A stretch of 63,366 bases of DNA from an uncultured Bacteroidales bacterium (lineage in GTDB: Bacteria; Bacteroidota; Bacteroidia; Bacteroidales; JAIOZK01). Location of the stretch: assembly GCA_964550205.1 (NCBI GenBank), contig CAZJYD010000008.1, forward strand, positions 1 to 63,366. The letters are read 5' to 3'. Below, piece after piece: positions 45,366-54,798 of this stretch. The position numbers and the translations under genes were made by a program. The first letter of the stretch is position 1. Every line of letters begins with the position of its first letter. Under the pieces are notes generated by a model. It saw nothing but the letters and a program-made list of their open reading frames with translations. It was not told the DNA's origin and did no database searches.

Positions 45366-46583
45366 ATGAATAAGGTAGTAATTACCGGAATTGGCATATA
45401 TTCAACTATTGGAAAAAATATACATGAGGTAAAGCAATCTTTATATGAAGGTAGATCGGGTATAGTTTACGATCCTGAAAGAAAGGAAATGGGATTTAGA
45501 TCTGCGCTTACAGGCAAAATCGAACGCCCTGTCCTTAAAGGCAAATTACCAAGGCGCATGAGAATTGGCATGGCAGAACAAGGTGAATATGCATATGTAT
45601 CAACTTTAGAAGCTTTGGAAATGTCAAATTTGAACCAGGATTATCTTGATAATAATGAGGTGGGTATTCTTTTTGGCAATGATAGTTCTGCTGTTCCTGT
45701 CGTTGAAGGTATGGACCTTTTGAGAGAGAAAAAGGATACTATGTTATTGGGATCGGGAGCGATTTTTCAGTCAATGAATTCAACAGTGAGCATGAACCTT
45801 TCGGTTATTTTTAAGCTCAAAGGAATCAATTTTACTGTAAGTGCAGCTTGTGCAAGCGGTTCACAAGCCATAGGTATTGGAACATTGCTTATAAGAATGG
45901 GTTTGCAGGATACGATAATATGTGGAGGAGCACAGGAAATAAGTGCCGAATCGATGAGTAGCTTTGATGGTTTGGCTGCTTTTTCAACACAGGAAAAAGA
46001 ACCTACAAAAGCGTCCAGACCTTTTGACAGTGAGAGAGATGGTTTGATTCCAAGCGGTGGAGCAGCAACAGTGATAATTGAAAATTATGATACTGCGAAA
46101 AAAAGAGGAGCACCAATATTAGGTGAAATAATAGGATATGGATTTTCATCGAATGGTGACCATATTTCTGTTCCTAATGTTGATGGACCTGTTAGATCAA
46201 TAAAAAGGGCTTTAAAAGATGCCAGGATTAATAGTAGTGAAATTGATTATGTTAATGCACATGCTACTTCAACGATTGTAGGAGATAAAAATGAAGCACA
46301 GGCTATTTATCAAGTACTTGGAGGTGACGTGTTGGTGAGTTCCACAAAATCGATGACAGGTCACGAAATGTGGATGGGGGGAGCTAGCGAGGTTGTATAT
46401 TCTATGATTATGATGACAGATTCTTTTATTGCTCCAAATATCAATCTGAATAAACCTGATGAAGAATCTGAAAAATTAAATATTGTCAGAGAAACCATGA
46501 ACAAGAACATAAATGTTTTTTTATCTAATTCATTTGGTTTTGGGGGAACAAATTCAACATTGATCATAAGAAAAACAGTTTAG
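45366..46583 (+). CDS. beta-ketoacyl-ACP synthase I/II-like
   Basis: SAACASGSQA (Cys), AHATST, TGHEMWMGG, NSFGFGGTN. Confidence 0.87.
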   Translation: MNKVVITGIGIYSTIGKNIHEVKQSLYEGRSGIVYDPERKEMGFRSALTGKIERPVLKGKLPRRMRIGMAEQGEYAYVSTLEALEMSNLNQDYLDNNEVGILFGNDSSAVPVVEGMDLLREKKDTMLLGSGAIFQSMNSTVSMNLSVIFKLKGINFTVSAACASGSQAIGIGTLLIRMGLQDTIICGGAQEISAESMSSFDGLAAFSTQEKEPTKASRPFDSERDGLIPSGGAATVIIENYDTAKKRGAPILGEIIGYGFSSNGDHISVPNVDGPVRSIKRALKDARINSSEIDYVNAHATSTIVGDKNEAQAIYQVLGGDVLVSSTKSMTGHEMWMGGASEVVYSMIMMTDSFIAPNINLNKPDEESEKLNIVRETMNKNINVFLSNSFGFGGTNSTLIIRKTV

Positions 46584-46662
46584 TAACCTGAATTTGCAAT
46601 GAATAAAAATATGCTTGATAATAACTTATCGGAATTAATCTGTTTATTGTAAACTACTGTAA

Positions 46663-47553
46663 ATGACTTCATGGAAAGGTAAAAGCAGAGGAGGTGTTCT
46701 TGGAACCAGAATTTTTATTCTAATTCTTAAAAGATTTAATATATCTCTCGCTTATTTTGTCTTGTATTTTGTTGCTTTTTATTACTTGATCTTTACTGAA
46801 AGATCAGGGATCAGGTATTATTTTAGAACGATCTTAGGGTATCCTCTAATAAAAACCTACTGGAGTATTTATAGAAATTATTATAAATTCGGTCAGGTGT
46901 TATTAGATAAGGTTGCTGTTCTTGCCGGCTTTTCTGATAAATTTACTTTTAATTTTGATGGTGAGAATTATCTACGTACTTCTGTTGGAGAGAATCATGG
47001 AGGAGTACTTATAGGAGCACATTTAGGTAATTGGGAAATAGCAGGACAACTACTTGAACGGCTGGATACAAATATTAATATTGTAATGTTTGATGCCGAA
47101 GAAAGAGGGATAAAGGAATTGTTGAATGATGTGTTGGTGAAGAAAACTGTTAAAATAATATTTATAAAAGAAGATAGCTTTTCTTATTTGCATGAAATCA
47201 GCAATGCTCTTGAAAATAAAGAAATTGTAGCTATTCATGGTGACAGATTTTTAAAGGGGCATAAATATACCGAATGTCTATTTATGGGTAAAAATGCAAA
47301 GTTTCCTACAGGCCCATTCTATTTAGCTATGAAATATCAAGTACCTGTGTTTTTTGTTAATGCAATGAAAGAAACCTCCACCCATTATCACTTTTATTCG
47401 ACCGAAGCCAAAATTTATCCTTATCCTTCAAAACTTAATGAAAGAAACCTAATAGTGAATAAAATGATTAAAGATTATACTAATGAATTGGAAAGAATTC
47501 TCAGAAAATACCCTTTGCAATGGTTTAATTATTATAATTTCTGGTATCAATAA
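46663..47553 (+). CDS. LpxL/HtrB-family (lipid A late acyltransferase-like) acyltransferase
   Basis: N-terminal membrane anchor, GAHLGNWE (HX4E) motif, ~295 aa. Confidence 0.72.
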   Translation: MTSWKGKSRGGVLGTRIFILILKRFNISLAYFVLYFVAFYYLIFTERSGIRYYFRTILGYPLIKTYWSIYRNYYKFGQVLLDKVAVLAGFSDKFTFNFDGENYLRTSVGENHGGVLIGAHLGNWEIAGQLLERLDTNINIVMFDAEERGIKELLNDVLVKKTVKIIFIKEDSFSYLHEISNALENKEIVAIHGDRFLKGHKYTECLFMGKNAKFPTGPFYLAMKYQVPVFFVNAMKETSTHYHFYSTEAKIYPYPSKLNERNLIVNKMIKDYTNELERILRKYPLQWFNYYNFWYQ

Positions 47554-47646
47554 ATTTGCTAATAAAATTTGATGACCCAATTAACGAAATTGAAGTAATT
47601 TTACAAACAAAAATAAGCTAAGAAATTTTGTTTAAAATCAATATTG

Positions 47647-48120
47647 ATGAAGGAAAAAGAATTATATGTCGAATATACTCCCCAGCAACATGTCTATTAT
47701 GTTGAGAAAGAAGATGAGATTTATGGACCTGTATTGAGCGGGTCGTATATTTCGAAACACCATCTTGATGATTACTGGAATAAACGCAAAAATCTTGAAA
47801 TGAAATTACGTAAGCAATTGCATTCGGGAGAAATTTCCACTGTTTATTATTATATGGTTCTTCAGGAAATGGGAGAAGCAGATTTGGCATCTAGGGTAGG
47901 TATTAGCAGGCATAAACTGCATAAGCATTTCAAACCGGCATATTTTAATAGAATAAAAATAAAAACTTTGAAAAAATATGCTGAAGTATTTAATGTGCCA
48001 CTGGTAAATATGTTTCAAACACTGCTGATAAAAAATGGTGATGAGAAGAAGATCAATGTTGATCAGATAAAAACAAATAATCCATTACATCTGGTCACTA
48101 AAATAGGACTTAATAAATGA
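47647..48120 (+). CDS. small protein with C-terminal XRE-like helix-turn-helix, copy 2
   Basis: LASRVGISRHKLHKHFK HTH-like segment. Paralogue of 36326-36730. ATGA overlap with the BtrH-like gene. Confidence 0.5.
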   Translation: MKEKELYVEYTPQQHVYYVEKEDEIYGPVLSGSYISKHHLDDYWNKRKNLEMKLRKQLHSGEISTVYYYMVLQEMGEADLASRVGISRHKLHKHFKPAYFNRIKIKTLKKYAEVFNVPLVNMFQTLLIKNGDEKKINVDQIKTNNPLHLVTKIGLNK

Positions 48121-49133
48121 ATACAATGGAGTTTAATCATAAGATGGCTGCTCATTGTGAGACAGGAACGCTAACGTCATTATTAAATAATAAAGGGCTT
48201 GATATAACCGAACCATTAGTTTTTGGTATATCAAGCGGAATATTTTTTGGATACCTGGATAATGCTAATTTTAGTTTCCCCACGATAATATTCAGAAGCA
48301 GGCCCGGACAAATACGAAAAAAAATATCCAAGCGACTGGGGATTAAGTTTATTACTCAGCGGTTTAAAGATATTGAAAAAGGTGAAGAGGCACTCAATCA
48401 ATTGATTGCAAAGCAGTTGCCTACGGCTGCCCAGGTGGATTTCTTTTATATGAATTATATGCCCGAATGGCAAAGAGTACATAATAATGTACATTTTATA
48501 ATCGTGATAGGTAAGAATTCATCAAAATATATTGTAAGTGATAGCTATTATCCGAAAATTGCAGAAATAAATCAGGATCAATTATATAAGGCTAGGTTTG
48601 CCGGTGGTTTTATGGCCCCGAGAGGTTTTATTTATTATCCTGATGAAATCAAGCAAGATAGAATTGATTACAAACCAGCAATAATTACAGGTATTAAAAA
48701 GGCCTGTACAAATATGTTGAAATTACCTGTACCTTTTGTTGGCGTTAAGGGAATATATAAATTTGCGAATAAAGTAAAAACATGGCCTGAATTAGTGAGG
48801 GATGAAGAACATTTATCGCACGAAATTATGAAAATCAATATATTGCTTGAAGATCAGGGTACGGGTGGAGCAGGTTTCAGATATATGTATGCAACTTTTC
48901 TTCAGCAAGCCTCGGAGATATTAGATAATAAACAATTGAATGAACTGTCGAAAAGAATGATGGAAATAGGAGATAAGTGGAGAAAAATATCTTATTTTGT
49001 TGCGAAAATAGGAAAACAAAGAGACCTTGGAGAAAACAGAATAAATGAATTAAGCGATAAAATTAAAATACAAGGTGATCTGGAAAAGAAATTCTTTAAG
49101 GATTTATATAAAACAATAAATAAACAAAAGTAA
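48117..49133 (+). CDS. BtrH-like protein, copy 2
   Basis: NHKMAAHCETGTLTSLLNNKGLDITEPLVFGISSGIFF (Cys14, nt 48156-48158). The C-terminal half is also collinear with copy 1 (GTGGAGFR, ASEILDN). Confidence 0.68.
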   Translation: MNTMEFNHKMAAHCETGTLTSLLNNKGLDITEPLVFGISSGIFFGYLDNANFSFPTIIFRSRPGQIRKKISKRLGIKFITQRFKDIEKGEEALNQLIAKQLPTAAQVDFFYMNYMPEWQRVHNNVHFIIVIGKNSSKYIVSDSYYPKIAEINQDQLYKARFAGGFMAPRGFIYYPDEIKQDRIDYKPAIITGIKKACTNMLKLPVPFVGVKGIYKFANKVKTWPELVRDEEHLSHEIMKINILLEDQGTGGAGFRYMYATFLQQASEILDNKQLNELSKRMMEIGDKWRKISYFVAKIGKQRDLGENRINELSDKIKIQGDLEKKFFKDLYKTINKQK

Positions 49134-49138
49134 ATTGT

Positions 49139-49420
49139 ATGAATGATAGTGAGAAACAACAGCTTAGAAGGGATATAAAAGGGAAAATAATGGAGCGATT
49201 GGATATAGCGCATATGAAACCGGAAGAAGTACCTAATGATGCCCAGTTGTTTGGAAAAAATAACCCATTAGGATTGGATTCAATAGATGCGATTGAAATA
49301 ATAATGACTATACAGGAGGAATATGGGGTGAGAATATCAGATCAGGATCATGCAAGAGTAATATTGAATTCAATTGATTCAATAGCTGAATTTTTAGAGA
49401 AAGAGCAAGTAAAAATATAG
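49139..49420 (+). CDS. acyl carrier protein (ACP 4 of 4)
   Basis: LGLDSIDAIE attachment motif. Starts 5 nt after the BtrH-like stop. Confidence 0.85.
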   Translation: MNDSEKQQLRRDIKGKIMERLDIAHMKPEEVPNDAQLFGKNNPLGLDSIDAIEIIMTIQEEYGVRISDQDHARVILNSIDSIAEFLEKEQVKI

Positions 49421-49512
49421 ATGAGTTGTAAAAATTATTAGTTTAAACCAGCAGAATTTATTACTTTTATTGATATATTCAACCAGAATTTTAAATCTAA
49501 AACTTATTAATC

Positions 49513-50127
49513 ATGAAAAAAACATTAGTGATATTATTTTTAATTGCGTTTGGTGCTGTTTCGCTAAGCGCCCAGGATTGCTCAAAAGCATTCAATTCAA
49601 CCACCATTACATGGTTTGGTCTTGATTTTTCAAAAGCAAAAATGATAGGTGCTATAGGATTTACTAATCCCGACAAAATTGTAAACTATTATTTTGATGC
49701 ATGGAACCAATTGATAATAATGGAATCCGATAAGTATAATGTAAAGAAGTTTTTTAAGAAGAATGATGTTGATAACGATTTATCAGTTGTAAGTGAAAGA
49801 AATGAAGAAGTAAGTTCTGATGAACTGGTGATTGAGGATTCCTATGATTTTACTGCCGACGATGTCAAGGGTATAATAAGCCAATATAATTCTGATGATG
49901 ATGGAGTTGGATTGGTATTTATTATTGAGGACTTTAATAAACTGGAAGAAATGGGAAGTATTTGGGTTACTTTCTTTGACATTTCATCCAGTAAGGTATT
50001 ATTTACAGCAAAGGTTTCAGAAGAGCCAGGTGGATGGGGATTCAGAAATTACTGGGCACGTTGTATTTATGAGGTTATGAAAACCTCAAAGAAGAATCTT
50101 AATAAATGGGAAAAGGATTGTAAGTAG
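49513..50127 (+). CDS. secreted protein of unknown function
   Basis: Cleavable-type signal peptide MKKTLVILFLIAFGAVSLSAQ. No recognised motif. Confidence 0.5.
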   Translation: MKKTLVILFLIAFGAVSLSAQDCSKAFNSTTITWFGLDFSKAKMIGAIGFTNPDKIVNYYFDAWNQLIIMESDKYNVKKFFKKNDVDNDLSVVSERNEEVSSDELVIEDSYDFTADDVKGIISQYNSDDDGVGLVFIIEDFNKLEEMGSIWVTFFDISSSKVLFTAKVSEEPGGWGFRNYWARCIYEVMKTSKKNLNKWEKDCK

Positions 50128-50282
50128 AACAAGATGATTTTGTTTTATTCAAACATTTAAGACTTAATTTTATAGATAATACAAATATCAACATATAATA
50201 ATTAGTGCAATAAGTGTATCCATTATTATTTCGATTGAAAAACAAATAAATCAAACATCTTCAGTCGAAATATTTTTTTATA

Positions 50283-51374
50283 ATGAGTAAATCTTTGAAA
50301 ATATTGTTTGTCCGAATTTTTTTTTCATTCAGGAACGGTCTGAAAAAGCTTTCCTGTTTTATTATACCTTCTAATCTTGCTGTTTTGGAACTTGCCCAGA
50401 ATTATTGGATTTCAAAGGCTATTGGTACTGCTGCTGAATTAGAAATTGCAGATTTCTTAGTAAAAGGTCCAAAGGATATTAATAAACTAGCTGTAGAAAC
50501 AAAAACCGATGTATCAGCTTTGTACAGATTAATGAGAGCATTGTCTGGTATTGGGATATTTAAAGAAAAGAATAACAGGGTTTTTGAAATGTCAAAACTT
50601 GCACTTCCTCTTGCGAAAGGCCCAAATTCGGTTAAACATATGATCATCCATCAGACGAGTAAATACAACTGGAAGATGGTATCAGAACTGGATCTGGCTG
50701 TCAGGCGAGGCAACTACGTTGCCGGAAAGGTGCTGGGTGAGGATATTTTTAGTTATTTAAAACATAATCCGCAAAGAAACGAATTGTATAATAAAGCTAT
50801 GTCAGATAGCGCTGAGTTCTTCTCAAAAACATTAGTAAGGTTTCATCATTTGCCGGATTTTAATACCTTGGTTGATGTTGGTGGTGGGGAAGGTATTTTA
50901 CTGGGTTATTTATTGAGGAATAATAAAAAAGCGAAAGGTGTTCTTTTTGATTTTCCTCATGTAATTAGCAGGGCAGAATCAAATTTTAAGAGATTAGGTG
51001 TTGCAAAAAGAGCATCAATTGTTACAGGAAACTTTCTTGAAAGTATTCCTGTGAAAGCTGATACTTATCTTTTTAAAAATATTTTTCATGCATTTGATGA
51101 TAAAACATGTGTTAGAATTTTACGAAATGTTGAAAAAGCGATGAGTGAAAATGCAAAAATTCTTATTGTGGAAATGGATTTAAAAAGAAAGAATAAATAT
51201 TCATGGGGGAAATTATTTGATTTGCAAATGCTTGTTGGTGTTGAAGGTGGAAGGGAAAGAACTAAGGATAATTTTAAAAACTTATTAGAAAATACCGGAT
51301 TTGAAATAAGCAAAATAATAAAAACAGTAACACCTTTTCATATAATTGTTATTAACAGAGTAGATGAAAAATGA
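50283..51374 (+). CDS. small-molecule O-methyltransferase-type class I SAM methyltransferase (OMT 2)
   Basis: Winged-helix/dimerisation-like N-terminus, SAM motif I LVDVGGGEG. Confidence 0.78.
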   Translation: MSKSLKILFVRIFFSFRNGLKKLSCFIIPSNLAVLELAQNYWISKAIGTAAELEIADFLVKGPKDINKLAVETKTDVSALYRLMRALSGIGIFKEKNNRVFEMSKLALPLAKGPNSVKHMIIHQTSKYNWKMVSELDLAVRRGNYVAGKVLGEDIFSYLKHNPQRNELYNKAMSDSAEFFSKTLVRFHHLPDFNTLVDVGGGEGILLGYLLRNNKKAKGVLFDFPHVISRAESNFKRLGVAKRASIVTGNFLESIPVKADTYLFKNIFHAFDDKTCVRILRNVEKAMSENAKILIVEMDLKRKNKYSWGKLFDLQMLVGVEGGRERTKDNFKNLLENTGFEISKIIKTVTPFHIIVINRVDEK

Positions 51375-52456
51375 AACACTCATATTTTCTGGCGGGCATT
51401 CCGTTAAATAAATTGTTTCGGTTAATAATCCGCAATAAAGGAATTACATTATATCCAAAGTATATTATCCGGTTTCTATTTTTGTTGCAGAACGGAATAT
51501 GGGTGTTTTTCTTTTCGATAAAGGAAAAGAGAAAATACAAAAAACAGGTTTGTTCTATTCCGGTACCGGATGATCCTCTGGTTATAATAGGACACTGGCG
51601 TTCAGGAAGTACTTTTCTACATCAGCTTATTGCATTGGATGACAATTTTATTGCACCCACTGTATTTCAGGTTTCCCTGCCACAGGGATTTTTGGTTTCA
51701 AGAAAATATTACAAACTTGTCATGAGCAGGATGATTGGTAAAAAAAGACCTATGGATAATGTTAAATTAGGTTTTGATGAGCCTCAGGAAGATGAGTATG
51801 CCGTATTAAAAATGACAAGCTCTTCCCCACTGGAAAATCTGATATTTCCGAAAGATAGGGAGTATTTTCTTTCAAAATATTCTGATTTTATTCCGACGGA
51901 AGAAGATAAGTGGCGGGATTTTTTATATGAATTTTGTAAAAAACTTATTATTATTAATGGTGGTAGAAAAAAAATTGTGTTTAAGAATCCATTTCACTCT
52001 CTGAGAATTGAATTACTTTGTAAAATGTTTCCGAATATAAAATTCATACATATATACAGGAATCCTCTTGATGTTGTGCCTTCAACAATTCGCATGTGGA
52101 GTGTGGTTGGGAAACAAAATTCAATGAAAAAAGGATTCGTTCCTCCAAAGGTTAGTGAGCTTGCTGTGTTTATGAACAAATATTTAAATAAAACAAGGGA
52201 GTATCTTAGGGGTTTGCCGGATAATAAATATATTGAATTAAAGTTTGAAGATTTTGAAAATGATCCGGTAAAAAGCATAAAATCGGTCTATGAGCATTTC
52301 GGTTTTAAATACTCAAAGAATTTGGAAAACAAAATGAATGATTATCTGAAAGAACTTGGAGATTATAGAAAAAATAAATATTGCCTAACAGACAATGAAA
52401 AGGAAATAATTGAAAGTGAGCTGAGAGATCATATGATCTATTATAATTATTTATAA
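51371..52456 (+). CDS. PAPS-dependent sulfotransferase family protein
   Basis: 5'-phosphosulfate loop HWRSGSTF (RSGST at nt 51599-51613) and 3'-phosphate motif YRNPLDVVPS. ATGA overlap with OMT 2. Confidence 0.78.
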   Translation: MKHSYFLAGIPLNKLFRLIIRNKGITLYPKYIIRFLFLLQNGIWVFFFSIKEKRKYKKQVCSIPVPDDPLVIIGHWRSGSTFLHQLIALDDNFIAPTVFQVSLPQGFLVSRKYYKLVMSRMIGKKRPMDNVKLGFDEPQEDEYAVLKMTSSSPLENLIFPKDREYFLSKYSDFIPTEEDKWRDFLYEFCKKLIIINGGRKKIVFKNPFHSLRIELLCKMFPNIKFIHIYRNPLDVVPSTIRMWSVVGKQNSMKKGFVPPKVSELAVFMNKYLNKTREYLRGLPDNKYIELKFEDFENDPVKSIKSVYEHFGFKYSKNLENKMNDYLKELGDYRKNKYCLTDNEKEIIESELRDHMIYYNYL

Positions 52457-52465
52457 AGTTTATGT

Positions 52466-53731
52466 ATGAAGTTTAGAATTATATATCCTAAATGGGAAAA
52501 GCTAAAAGAACAAACAACATTTAACCTTCCACCACATGGTCCTGTTGTTTTTGCGGCAACTTTGCCTGATTACGTTTCTGTTGATTTAATTGATGAAAAT
52601 GTTGAAAGTATTGATTTTAATGAACCGGTAGACTTTGTGGGTATCTCAGTTATGTTAACAGCACAGATTAAAAGAGGCTGGGAAATAGCACAGGAATATC
52701 GAAGCAGGGGAATTAAAGTTATTTTTGGTGGTATAGCAACCATGCTTCATGCTGAGGAAACATTGCAATATACTGATTCTATTTTCCTTGGTGAAACAGA
52801 AGGCAGGATGGAACAGGTAATCAATGATTTCATGAATGATAAACTTAAGAAAGTTTATAATTTTTTTAATGACCGTCCTGATCCTTCTGAAATTAATCCG
52901 GCCAGGAGAGATATTTTAAATAATGAATTATACTACCATAAGGGTGTGAGAATGGTTGATTTGTTTCATGCATCACGTGGTTGTAAATTCAATTGTTATC
53001 CTTGTTGTGCTGCTTTTTTAGGAGGTAGAAAATTTCGCCCCAGACCAATAGAAAAATCTATTGAGGAGCTTGAATCCATAGAAAATAATAGATTATTCAT
53101 TGTGGATAATTCTCTTGCACAGGATACAGAATGGGAAAAAGAACTGTTTAGAGAAATGATCCCACTTAAAAAGAAATGGTGTTGTCATACAATAGAAAAT
53201 GATAGTGAAGTTTTAGACCTGGCTGCTCAAGCAGGTGCATGGTATGTTTATCAGGCTGTTTTTGATGATTCTGAATATATCAGAAAAAGGATTAAACAAT
53301 ATCATGATTTCGGGATAGGAATTGAAGCCACTATACTCCTTGGTATGGATAACCAGACAGAAGATGATATTTTGCGGTTGCTCGACTTTTTGCATGAAAT
53401 GAAAATCGAACTTGCTGAATTTACTGTGTTAACTCCTTTTAAACAAACCAAAGCTTATGACGATCTTCTTAGAGAGGATAGAATAATTGATTTCGATTGG
53501 AATAACTATAATGCAGGCAAAGTAGTTTTTAAACCTAAAAATATGAGCCGGGAAAGATTACAGGAACTATATGAATATGCATGGGAGAGTTTCTACAGTG
53601 AAGAAACGCAAGAGGAAAAAATGTTTAAACTGTTAATGAGGGTTATCGATAAAGAGATTCAGGATGGCACATACCGTTCGAGAAGAAAAGACCTTATTGA
53701 TAAATCATTCGGGGATAAAATTGATAGATAA
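52466..53731 (+). CDS. B12-binding-domain radical SAM enzyme (rSAM 3)
   Basis: VDFVGISV and FGGIATM cobalamin-domain-like blocks. CX3CX2C CKFNCYPC at nt 52982-53005. Confidence 0.85.
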   Translation: MKFRIIYPKWEKLKEQTTFNLPPHGPVVFAATLPDYVSVDLIDENVESIDFNEPVDFVGISVMLTAQIKRGWEIAQEYRSRGIKVIFGGIATMLHAEETLQYTDSIFLGETEGRMEQVINDFMNDKLKKVYNFFNDRPDPSEINPARRDILNNELYYHKGVRMVDLFHASRGCKFNCYPCCAAFLGGRKFRPRPIEKSIEELESIENNRLFIVDNSLAQDTEWEKELFREMIPLKKKWCCHTIENDSEVLDLAAQAGAWYVYQAVFDDSEYIRKRIKQYHDFGIGIEATILLGMDNQTEDDILRLLDFLHEMKIELAEFTVLTPFKQTKAYDDLLREDRIIDFDWNNYNAGKVVFKPKNMSRERLQELYEYAWESFYSEETQEEKMFKLLMRVIDKEIQDGTYRSRRKDLIDKSFGDKIDR

Positions 53732-53796
53732 AGTCGGTTAAAAGTTATGATTTCGTACTAAAGGATTATTGTGTATTAATATAACAATTTGTTTTT

Positions 53797-54171
53797 ATGA
53801 AACATCATAACAAATATATTGATGACATATATACATTTGAATCGGCTTTGGGAATAATTTCAAAATGTGGCATTAAAATAATTGAAAAAGAAAAGAAGAA
53901 AATCATTATTTTAACGGAACTTTATGATATTAATCCCGGAAGCTCAATCACAGAAAATTGTTCCTCCCTGGCTAATGAATTAATTAATAAGGAAAATTTG
54001 AATCCTGAAACCACAGTATTCATTCATCAAAATCCGGATAGAGGTTCCAAATACGAATTTTACAAGGAAGCTTTTGATATTATTCATTTTAAAAATAAAG
54101 ATGGTAAATTATCTAATCCTAAATGGGAAAGGCTATCCCGGAAACAGATCGATAAATTGATTAGCACATAA
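53797..54171 (+). CDS. hypothetical protein
   Basis: 124-aa ORF with ordinary composition and no recognised motif. Confidence 0.4.
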   Translation: MKHHNKYIDDIYTFESALGIISKCGIKIIEKEKKKIIILTELYDINPGSSITENCSSLANELINKENLNPETTVFIHQNPDRGSKYEFYKEAFDIIHFKNKDGKLSNPKWERLSRKQIDKLIST

Positions 54172-54224
54172 GAACATTATAAGTATGTTTTAATGATTAA
54201 TAAAGGTAATTTAATATTGGTGGT

Positions 54225-54677
54225 TTAGTAGATATCTTTAATCTTTATTTTATTCCCCCTGAATTCAAATTCGTCACCTTTTTTAAGATCCTTCATTGCA
54301 TGGAAAAATGGCACCATGGGGGAGATTGTATAAATGCTTTCACCGTCAAGACTTACCTTGCCAATACTTGTTGATATAAATACTTTTTGTGTATTTGTGT
54401 ATACTACTGATCCGAACTCTACGGTATCTTTAATTTTGTCAGGGTCAATTTTATTAAAGATTTCTAATTGATCAAGCGCTTTTTGCAGCTGTTGAGCAAA
54501 CATATCTCTTTTTCTGTATAACTGAGTACGGTAGGAGTCATAAATATCATGCTGCTGACCATATTCATCAGCACTCTTCTGGGCTTCATCCATAGCTTCA
54601 CGAATATTATCTATAGTTTTCTTATGTGCTTTGTTACATGCTTCTAATAGTTTCCTTTTCTTCTCAGTTTTACCCAT
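54225..54677 (-). CDS. hypothetical coiled-coil protein with GreA-C-terminal-like tail
   Basis: Charged helical N-half. The C-half FGSVVY...GDEFEFRGNKIKIKDIY resembles small beta-domain tails. Start set at the ATG at 54677. Confidence 0.4.
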   Translation of the reverse strand: MGKTEKKRKLLEACNKAHKKTIDNIREAMDEAQKSADEYGQQHDIYDSYRTQLYRKRDMFAQQLQKALDQLEIFNKIDPDKIKDTVEFGSVVYTNTQKVFISTSIGKVSLDGESIYTISPMVPFFHAMKDLKKGDEFEFRGNKIKIKDIY

Positions 54678-54798
54678 ATGAGTTCTTTTTTCTTTAAAAA
54701 TAGTAAATTTTAACGAGTTGGGAAACAATTTATTTTAAAATCGTTCCTATTTTAGCAAAGAAAATAATTTATGAATAAATACTTAAAGCTTTGATAAA

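Noticed and set aside
50231-50268. 9-bp-arm hairpin (tcgattgaa / ttcagtcga) with a following T-run upstream of OMT 2, as a terminator or attenuator
   Set aside because: It has one G-U pair, a 20-nt loop and an AT-rich stem. That is too weak to call and could arise by chance.
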